This document shows, piece after piece, positions 57,677 through 64,000 of a stretch of 64,000 nt of DNA. The translations under genes and the position numbers were made by a program. Location: the IMG/VR virus record IMGVR_UViG_3300042337_000191. The stretch is one strand, 5' to 3'. Each line of letters opens with the position of its first letter. The first letter of the stretch is position 1. Below the pieces are notes generated by a model. It saw only the letters and a list, made by a program, of their open reading frames with translations, searched no databases and was not told the origin of the DNA. This stretch comes from an uncultured virus (IMG/VR IMGVR_UViG_3300042337_000191). Lineage: Duplodnaviria > Heunggongvirae > Uroviricota > Caudoviricetes.

Positions 57677-57813
57677 TCACTTAGGTCAGACGATAGGTCA
57701 ACCCGCTGGTCATTAAGTTGGTCAGCGGGTTGGTATTGTCGTAGGTAACTGCGTAGGTAGGTCAGTTGGTCACATCATAGGTAAACCAGTAGGTGAGTCA
57801 GATGGTCAACAAA
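57658..57813 (+). repeat. 12-nt periodic array B (13 x NWGGT + 7 variable nt)
   Basis: A pentamer occurs every 12 nt from 57658 to 57802 without a break. Confidence 0.92.
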
Positions 57814-57868
57814 CATAATAGCGGCCAGCGCATAGATTAATCCGGCGAATAATCCTATTGCTAGGGGT

Positions 57869-58096
57869 TTACTCATCTTCCTCTCCCATATACTTGTCCC
57901 ATTCCGCCGCCGTAATTCCGCTCTTAATAAACTCTCTGGCGTCGGAGGACAACTCGGGGAATGCCTCTTGAATTAACTTCTCTCCTCGACGCCAAGCTAA
58001 TAGGCGTAACTCGAACTCGTCCTGATCATAGGCGGCAAACTCCATTGTATGCAGCTTGTTCGTGAATGGACTAGTCTTAGTAATTCTTGCTGTCAT
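57869..58096 (-). CDS. Conserved phage hypothetical protein
   Basis: W..G..IQ.AFP.LS.D.REFI.SGIT..EW. Confidence 0.65.
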   Translation of the reverse strand: MTARITKTSPFTNKLHTMEFAAYDQDEFELRLLAWRRGEKLIQEAFPELSSDAREFIKSGITAAEWDKYMGEEDE

Positions 58097-58099
58097 ATA

Positions 58100-58735
58100 T
58101 CACCTAAATGATGGTCCGGCAACCCACATAACCAAAGAGTTTCTTATTCCCTTTGTTACTGGTGTCACTTCGTGAATAGTAAATGATGGAAATAATAATA
58201 CAGAGCCTCTTGTTGGTCTAATCTTAAAATCACGTGCATAAGGAAAACGTAGCTCGCCTCCTTCAAACTCATCTGGGTCTGAAAGTAATACAGTCAATGA
58301 TAGCTTTCTTGCTATTGTATTATAATCTCTATCCGAGTGAGCAATATAATGCTGCTCATCGTTGCCGTTATATTCCAGGAATTGCATAGGCTCTACGGGA
58401 CCAGTCAAATCGAAATGAAAATGTCTTTGATTGGCCGTGACTACTACTTCTCTGATCCTCTCGATTACAAAAGCCAAATTCTCTTTTTGTTGTTCGGGCG
58501 ACGCCTGATAAACCGTGCAGTTTCTTACGCTCTTGTCAACATTTCCCTCGCCAACAGAAGAAACATTCGGCGTAGTGTTGTTCTTATAATAATCAATAAT
58601 ATCGTTACACTCTTTGGCGTCGAATACCTTATGATAAATTGCGAACTCTTCTATATTGTCTCGATGTACTCCGGGAATATCAAAAATACTAGGTATCTTG
58701 ATTTCATTTTGATCATCACCAGTATCAATAATCAT
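58100..58735 (-). CDS. 2OG-Fe(II) oxygenase (PKHD-type)
   Basis: H.D (HSD)...RKLS..V.LSDP..FEGGEL...FPS...HEVTPVTKG.R.SLV.W. Confidence 0.9.
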   Translation of the reverse strand: MIIDTGDDQNEIKIPSIFDIPGVHRDNIEEFAIYHKVFDAKECNDIIDYYKNNTTPNVSSVGEGNVDKSVRNCTVYQASPEQQKENLAFVIERIREVVVTANQRHFHFDLTGPVEPMQFLEYNGNDEQHYIAHSDRDYNTIARKLSLTVLLSDPDEFEGGELRFPYARDFKIRPTRGSVLLFPSFTIHEVTPVTKGIRNSLVMWVAGPSFR

Positions 58736-58738
58736 TTA

Positions 58739-59386
58739 TCACTCCGGAATTTTAGGATCTTTAATAGGCGGAAATGGTTTGGCTTTCCCAGTTTTGTTAG
58801 GAACAAAATTAAACCATCCTGTAAGAATATACTTCTCTTGCGTTGGAGATACTACACCACGATGGAAATGAGTCCAGTCGACTGGCCATATCATGGTCAA
58901 TCCCTTCTCTGGGCGTAGATTAATACGTTGATGATAGAATTGCGTTCCGCCTCGATCAGTAACGTCATTAAGATATGTCATAAACGCCAGATGACGAGAT
59001 ACTCCTGGCTCAACACAACTTAGACGTTCGGAATGCCAAATTTTAAATCCGCCACCCGGAGGATAATATTGAATATTTGGTGGGCTAAGAACATCTACAT
59101 CATCACCATACGCTGACAAAGGATATACCTTTTGATACTCATTCATTATGTCATGCAAATGAGCATAATACTCTTTTAGAATTGTATCGTCGCTTAAATG
59201 ACAATCAACGGAGTCTTTAATTGATTTGTTAACAACTCTCTGGCCAAACTCGTTATGAATAATTCCAGCACTCTTATCTGAGTTATTATTAAACCATTCA
59301 ATAACTCTATCGCAGAAACTGGTGTCTTTCATATACCATCCCAGGATGAAATTACCTGGGATTGGATTTAGTATATGTGATTTCAT
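58739..59386 (-). CDS. 2OG-Fe(II) oxygenase
   Basis: IQYY.PGGGF..WHSE; YLNDV..GGT.F; WP..WTH.HRG; KYI.TGW. Confidence 0.9.
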   Translation of the reverse strand: MKSHILNPIPGNFILGWYMKDTSFCDRVIEWFNNNSDKSAGIIHNEFGQRVVNKSIKDSVDCHLSDDTILKEYYAHLHDIMNEYQKVYPLSAYGDDVDVLSPPNIQYYPPGGGFKIWHSERLSCVEPGVSRHLAFMTYLNDVTDRGGTQFYHQRINLRPEKGLTMIWPVDWTHFHRGVVSPTQEKYILTGWFNFVPNKTGKAKPFPPIKDPKIPE

Positions 59387-59389
59387 CTA

Positions 59390-59608
59390 TTAACTCATGG
59401 AGTTAATAAGATCTTGGCGTATGTTATTTGTAATCTCTTCCATATCTTCGTCAAAGCCAACAGTAAAGCCTGACATAGTACGAACAAAGAAAACATATTT
59501 TGGAGACTCTAGATTATTTTCCTCGTTTGGTTCTACATACTGAACTGGGGAAACGAATTCAATATAAGCAGTATTAATTACACCAGAATTTGGACATCTG
59601 AAAAGCAT
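59390..59608 (-). CDS. Hypothetical protein
   Basis: AGGAG RBS. Confidence 0.5.
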   Translation of the reverse strand: MLFRCPNSGVINTAYIEFVSPVQYVEPNEENNLESPKYVFFVRTMSGFTVGFDEDMEEITNNIRQDLINSMS

Positions 59609-59655
59609 ACTATTCTCCTTGTTACTTTCAAGTCATATATGTATATAGTCGATTA

Positions 59656-59955
59656 TTATTCGTGGACTTCAAACACATGCCAAACGTGAATTGAACCCAT
59701 CATATTACGCCGCTGAACCGTTGCAACGTAATCATAATGCTTCTTTTCGTAATCATACATCTCGAAGCCAGTTCCGAACACATGAAATACGTATTTACGT
59801 TTTTCTCTCTTTGGGTTTACAATAGCCCAAATAACAGGAAAATTACCTTGAGCCTGAATTGTTAGGATCTTGGCGCCACGTGGCATCTCAATCTCGTATA
59901 CCGCATTGTGATGAATGTCGTCACCAAGCGGATACTTATAAATCATTTTCGTCAT
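59656..59955 (-). CDS. Conserved phage hypothetical protein
   Basis: IYKYPL...MP.GAKIL..Q.Q....WA.V....GTG...VWHVFE; start at MTKMIYK. Confidence 0.65.
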   Translation of the reverse strand: MTKMIYKYPLGDDIHHNAVYEIEMPRGAKILTIQAQGNFPVIWAIVNPKREKRKYVFHVFGTGFEMYDYEKKHYDYVATVQRRNMMGSIHVWHVFEVHE

Positions 59956-60341
59956 GCTGCCTCCATTACCTCTTGAACGTGGGAACAACTCTTCCGGTAG
60001 CCAAACCCCATGCAATTGCAGCGTAGAGAAATACCCCCATCGGCCAGACTAACAATATAAGACTTTCCATTTGATCGGGATGGGACAGAAATTGATATCG
60101 GATCAGGCAATTTAGAATTGCTTGAAACAGTCCAGCCACATATGATCCGGTCTTTATCCAAAACACGAAGTTCTGATTCATCGGTGCCAGTGTCCATCAT
60201 AAACTGATCTTCGGAAAGCCACTTGGGCTTGGGCGAAATAATCTCGCCCTCATACTCGTGATACTCTGGTATCTGCATATAGCTCGCATACGTATGCCGG
60301 AAACGATACATAGGGTTGCTGACACGAATTCGAAGGCGCAT
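59952..60341 (-). CDS. SWIM zinc-finger protein
   Basis: Y.V.......CNCMGFGYRKSCSH. Confidence 0.7.
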   Translation of the reverse strand: MRLRIRVSNPMYRFRHTYASYMQIPEYHEYEGEIISPKPKWLSEDQFMMDTGTDESELRVLDKDRIICGWTVSSNSKLPDPISISVPSRSNGKSYIVSLADGGISLRCNCMGFGYRKSCSHVQEVMEAA

Positions 60342-60350
60342 AACAATCTC

Positions 60351-60641
60351 CTAGAGGGGAGCGAATTTATATATCTTACCCTCTTTGGTGTATAAAGTCA
60401 AGCCCGACACGTAATGACACGAATCAGTCTTTGGAATAACCCAGTGATAGCCAGCTGGAACATTTCGATATACCTCGAAGTCGCCGCATTCTCCGCCGTT
60501 CAATAATACTCTCGTAACAGTTACGTTTACTTTAAAATTGCAATGAACCTGGAAGTCCGAAGGCTTCTTAGCGCATTCGATATCGTCCTTGGCAAAAGCT
60601 ATTGACGGAATTAATAGAATGGTATATAATAGTTTCTTCAT
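60351..60641 (-). CDS. Putative exported protein
   Basis: Signal peptide MKKLLYTILLIPSIAFA; four Cys. Confidence 0.6.
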   Translation of the reverse strand: MKKLLYTILLIPSIAFAKDDIECAKKPSDFQVHCNFKVNVTVTRVLLNGGECGDFEVYRNVPAGYHWVIPKTDSCHYVSGLTLYTKEGKIYKFAPL

Positions 60642-60844
60642 TCGTCTACTCTTACAAAAAGATCATCAGGGAATGTTCTGTTGTATGGCTTACCTTCGAG
60701 CGTAACTACTCCGGCAACAGCCAACATTTTATCTACAACATAGATTGCACCAGGAGTTAGTTCCAATGTGTCAAGAAACGGGTGATCAGGAATAACTCTT
60801 ACCCGATCACCCGCCTTAAACGTAGCGAAATCTGTTCGCACCAT
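60638..60844 (-). CDS. Small SH3/KOW-like hypothetical protein
   Basis: FKAGDRVRVI motif; start at MVRTDF. Confidence 0.5.
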   Translation of the reverse strand: MVRTDFATFKAGDRVRVIPDHPFLDTLELTPGAIYVVDKMLAVAGVVTLEGKPYNRTFPDDLFVRVDE

Positions 60845-61281
60845 CAGAAGTCCCCCGGAGACACCTGAAGGCAACGAAGACCCGCCGAACGCCACATCTT
60901 AACCACTCGATCACGATCTTCGAGAACGAGCACAGGCTCATATCCCGCTTCATAGATCTGCTCGAGCAATTCGAACTTTACGATATCGTCATCACGACGA
61001 TCTCCTAACTTACGCATATAAAGAGCATGATAAGGAATATCATTCTCAGTAAGCCAGTCTAGAGTATCCTGACGACACTTCTCGTCACGAGCAGTGCAAA
61101 GGACAATCTTAATATCGTAGTCCGCCGCCATATCTAATAGGGCGACGACTTCCTCGATAGGCTCGTCCTTATGGGCATTAGAATGCCATGCATTCCAGTC
61201 TTTATGCCCATTGGTAATGTAATGGATACGATGCTCTGTATTAGCAATCGTTCCATCAATATCCACGATCCAACACTTCAT
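60844..61281 (-). CDS. HAD-family phosphatase (PseT/PNK 3'-phosphatase-like)
   Basis: DIDGT, TAR, MR..GD.R.D..VK, EDR..VV.MWR..GL.CLQV..GDF. Confidence 0.85.
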   Translation of the reverse strand: MKCWIVDIDGTIANTEHRIHYITNGHKDWNAWHSNAHKDEPIEEVVALLDMAADYDIKIVLCTARDEKCRQDTLDWLTENDIPYHALYMRKLGDRRDDDIVKFELLEQIYEAGYEPVLVLEDRDRVVKMWRSAGLRCLQVSPGDF

Positions 61282-61297
61282 TATATATCTCCTTCAA

Positions 61298-61675
61298 TTA
61301 GGAATTGTCAACCTCTCGAATTGTGTAGTTTTCATGATTGAACGTTGAGTTGATATATTCCTCTGCATCCTCATGCGTCACAAATGCAGCGACTGCCTCT
61401 TTGTTGAGGATATTAACAACGACAAAAGACCAACTACCACCAGCGATAGGATACTCAGACTCGATTGGCTTACACTTGATCATATTATGAATGCTCTGTT
61501 TTGGAGAGACATGCATTAGATTGGTCTCGTGCCAACTCTCTATACATGCATCATTTGCATTATCAGGAAACCATCTAACAGATACCATTACATCAGTAAG
61601 GTATGATGTTACTTTACCACGACGGTGCTTGTCCCATATAGGACACACGATGGAACCAACACGAAATCTAGACAT
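61298..61675 (-). CDS. Hypothetical protein
   Basis: ORF in operon with GAGG RBS. Confidence 0.5.
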   Translation of the reverse strand: MSRFRVGSIVCPIWDKHRRGKVTSYLTDVMVSVRWFPDNANDACIESWHETNLMHVSPKQSIHNMIKCKPIESEYPIAGGSWSFVVVNILNKEAVAAFVTHEDAEEYINSTFNHENYTIREVDNS

Positions 61676-61684
61676 ATTATTTCC

Positions 61685-62491
61685 TCACTTGCAGCAGGTG
61701 ACTTTCGCCACCTTTTCCCAATTTGTATTTCTCTTACGAATAGAGGCAACTTTGAGCGCCATACGCAGCGACAGTTCACGGAGGCTATCGGCATACGCTT
61801 CGATAAACGTAAGCACATCGACCTGCTCATCAATATCAAGATGCGAGAGCAATCCCTGAGCAACTACCTGACGAATACGCACCAGATAATCACGGCGAGT
61901 CTTCATCGCCAGATCGAGATAATGAGCACGAGAAACCATCGCCTGAAGATGCGGCGCCAGCTTATGGCCCTTATCAATCATGGCGTCGAAGTCATAATTA
62001 GAGATGAAGATAATGGATCCCTCGAACACGAAAGACCTTGGGACGAGTTCACCAGTATCTTCATCAAGCAGCTTACCTTCGGACAACCAAGAGACGACAC
62101 GACGCTCAGTAGTATCACAGACAGCCTTGAGGAGATTGAGGCTGATATCATCGAAAAAGATAGCATCAGCGTCGTCAAACACCAAAACTTGGCCAGCTTC
62201 ACGGTAAGCATACAACAATTTAACAAGACCAGTCGCTCGGACATAGCCTTTCGTAATAGCGTAGTTGTGGCCGTTCGGATCCCATGCTTCGAGTTTCTTC
62301 TCGACGGTATAGGATTTACCGAGGCCAGCGGGACCACTGACGATCAGCGCACGAGAGTCACCAGCAATGCAGCTATCGGCCAGCATTTCGAGAATATCAA
62401 ATCGCTCGGCGATACGATCCTCGACCTGATCGTCAGTTTCGTTAGAGACATTCAGCGGAACAACATTGTCAATCTTACGAGCACGAGCCAT
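61685..62491 (-). CDS. P-loop (AAA-like) ATPase
   Basis: Walker A GPAGLGKS, Walker B VLVFDDAD, IIFISN, SR. Start at MARARK behind TTGACT-17-TATAAT (62519-62547). Confidence 0.85.
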   Translation of the reverse strand: MARARKIDNVVPLNVSNETDDQVEDRIAERFDILEMLADSCIAGDSRALIVSGPAGLGKSYTVEKKLEAWDPNGHNYAITKGYVRATGLVKLLYAYREAGQVLVFDDADAIFFDDISLNLLKAVCDTTERRVVSWLSEGKLLDEDTGELVPRSFVFEGSIIFISNYDFDAMIDKGHKLAPHLQAMVSRAHYLDLAMKTRRDYLVRIRQVVAQGLLSHLDIDEQVDVLTFIEAYADSLRELSLRMALKVASIRKRNTNWEKVAKVTCCK

Positions 62492-62551
62492 TTTTCTCTC
62501 CTCATCAACCATAGACATATTATACCGCTGAATTTGAAAGAAGTCAAGCGA

Positions 62552-62737
62552 TTAGTATTCGCTGTCGAGATCTTCTTCGTTAGCAACGATACGGATACGG
62601 TCAGCCCATGCGAGGGCTTCCGCCACTCGCTCGAGCATATCGTAGTTAAAGCCAGTCCCGCCATCCCGAAGATATTCGTAGATGAGACCGTTGACTTCTC
62701 TGGCGTCTTCGCGAGTGATAGACCATTCTTCCTTCAT
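62552..62737 (-). CDS. Hypothetical protein
   Basis: Coupled ORF. Confidence 0.5.
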   Translation of the reverse strand: MKEEWSITREDAREVNGLIYEYLRDGGTGFNYDMLERVAEALAWADRIRIVANEEDLDSEY

Positions 62738-62916
62738 TCTACAGCCTCAACTCTATCTTCTGCTTGCATATACCAATCAGGAGCAGTATCACTAACATTA
62801 GCGTCATTTACCGACTTAATGCGAGCCTTTGCTTCTTCGAATGTATTATAATCTTCAGTCCAGTAGTCTTGACCCCAGCCACGCTCAGACTCCACGAGAA
62901 AGACACGGTATTTCAT
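62734..62916 (-). CDS. Hypothetical protein
   Basis: MKYRVFLVESERGWGQ...N....APDWY. Confidence 0.6.
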   Translation of the reverse strand: MKYRVFLVESERGWGQDYWTEDYNTFEEAKARIKSVNDANVSDTAPDWYMQAEDRVEAVE

Positions 62917-63176
62917 TATACCCTCCGAAGAAGCGAGCCAGAAACTTTCCATTCGCTCGTAGCAGTCTTAACCGAGACCGTCTTCTGGTTAACCTTCGTA
63001 ACGACGCCAGTGATCTTCTGGCCGCTCTTCGCGATAAAGAACACGCTATCGCCCCGAGAGAACGAATGAGCCGCACGAGACTGAAGCTCTCGGAAGCGAA
63101 CGTTGCAGGCGTTCATAACCTCACGAAGATCGTCCATATTGTCGATAGCAAAGATAGCCTTGTTAAGCGTAGACAT
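62916..63176 (-). CDS. SH3-like hypothetical protein
   Basis: F..GD.V.F......G.VTKVNQKTV.V.....WKVS..LL. Confidence 0.65.
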   Translation of the reverse strand: MSTLNKAIFAIDNMDDLREVMNACNVRFRELQSRAAHSFSRGDSVFFIAKSGQKITGVVTKVNQKTVSVKTATSEWKVSGSLLRRV

Positions 63177-63207
63177 TTTTCTCTCCTCTCAATCAACCAT
63201 ATTCTTA

Positions 63208-63307
63208 GTATACCCTATCCTACGAAAAAGGCAAGCGGAGACTTAACCATACAAGACTCTTTTTTTCTAAAAAGATCGCTTGCCTTTCGCCAAAAACCCG
63301 GTATAAT
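63208..63307. promoter_or_regulatory. Divergent early promoters
   Basis: TTGCCT-16-TATACT on - (63208-63235) and TTGCCT-16-TATAAT on + (63280-63307). Confidence 0.7.
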
Positions 63308-63448
63308 CATTAATGTGATTGAAAGAGAGGAATCGATGAAACAGTTTAATCCTGTCGCCTTAGAGTTACGCTCAGGCAAATATAAACAGCGAGTAATTCG
63401 TAACAAGAAGAAATATGACCGCAAACGAATTGTTCGGGAGAAATACTA

Positions 63449-63643
63449 ATGGAATTCTTATCGAAAGATCGTGAAAAAGCGATTGAAGAAATCAAAGAAA
63501 CACTTTATAGTAGATTACGTAATAGAGAGAATTACGCCGCTCAAGATCCTTTAAAAGATCAATACTACAAAGGATTGCAGAAAGGCGCATTGTCCGAAAT
63601 AGAATTCTTAAAGCAATTGTTGGATGTTATCGAGAGGTCATAA
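63449..63643 (+). CDS. Hypothetical protein, paralog of 51583-51834
   Basis: Shared MEF.S.D, LY.RL, EIEFL and IERS motifs. Confidence 0.6.
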   Translation: MEFLSKDREKAIEEIKETLYSRLRNRENYAAQDPLKDQYYKGLQKGALSEIEFLKQLLDVIERS

Positions 63644-64000
63644 TGAAAATTCATAATGAATCTACCTGGTTAAAGCCGGATGGGATTACAAAAGTCGAAC
63701 AGATGTATAATGCCAAATACGTATTCGAGTCATGCCTTAAAACTCGCTTTGGTGGTTGGTCAGAGTTTCCGGTAGCAATCTTTTATACCGAACAGCCTCA
63801 TCCAGAAGGCTCGAATTACTTTGGTCTGTTTAAGAATGCATTTGGGCAGTTGACGATTACCAATGGTATCTCTGCTCTCGAGGAATTTGTTGGTTTGCAA
63901 ATTGGTGAAGATATTATATACTCTCGTTATCGTCACGATTACCGCACTCTAAATGAAGACGATTCAGCTGGTTTCATTGATGGTGGTCGTGATTATGTTA
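63643..64000 (+). CDS. Hypothetical protein, truncated by window end
   Basis: ATG at 63643 (MKIHNESTWLKPDG...); YSRYRHDYR...IDGGRDY motif near the edge. Confidence 0.6.
   Translation, partial: MKIHNESTWLKPDGITKVEQMYNAKYVFESCLKTRFGGWSEFPVAIFYTEQPHPEGSNYFGLFKNAFGQLTITNGISALEEFVGLQIGEDIIYSRYRHDYRTLNEDDSAGFIDGGRDYV

Noticed and set aside
57317..57813. 12-nt arrays as a CRISPR array or a 4-aa repeat protein
   Set aside because: A 5-nt repeat with 7-nt spacers is far too short for CRISPR and no cas genes are present; array B has stops in all six frames.
61625..62851. 408-aa + strand ORF
   Set aside because: Antisense shadow of the ATPase and its neighbours, which have clear motifs, RBS and promoter on -.

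Overview
64 kb of a large T4-like myovirus genome, most likely infecting an alphaproteobacterium (inferred from the permuted two-piece tmRNA with tag ANDNDASFEGYALAA). 1-34.5 kb (- strand) is a late structural block: several long Asn/Ser/Thr-rich fibre-like proteins, a VrlC-like protein and baseplate genes (gp8, gp9-like, gp7, gp6, gp25, PAAR, split gp5, hub, gp53, gp48). 34.6-39.3 kb (+ strand) holds gp4, gp2, a tube-like gp54, gp26, gp51 and a tape-measure-like muralytic protein. 39.4-48.2 kb holds gp32, gp59, gp33, an L,D-transpeptidase, tRNA-Arg(UCU), the tmRNA and several free-standing homing-endonuclease-type genes. 48-64 kb is an early/accessory region of small ORFs behind many sigma70-like promoters. 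Most notable: (1) an HNH gene sitting inside the excised spacer of the two-piece tmRNA; (2) a conserved structured 5' leader shared by two different antisense-inserted endonuclease-like genes, one of which duplicated the gp59 start; (3) two non-coding arrays with exact 12-nt periodicity; (4) a candidate -1 frameshift fusing gp26 and gp51; (5) extreme N-x-S/T sequon density in the fibres. All product calls are from motif recognition and synteny by eye; no searches were run.
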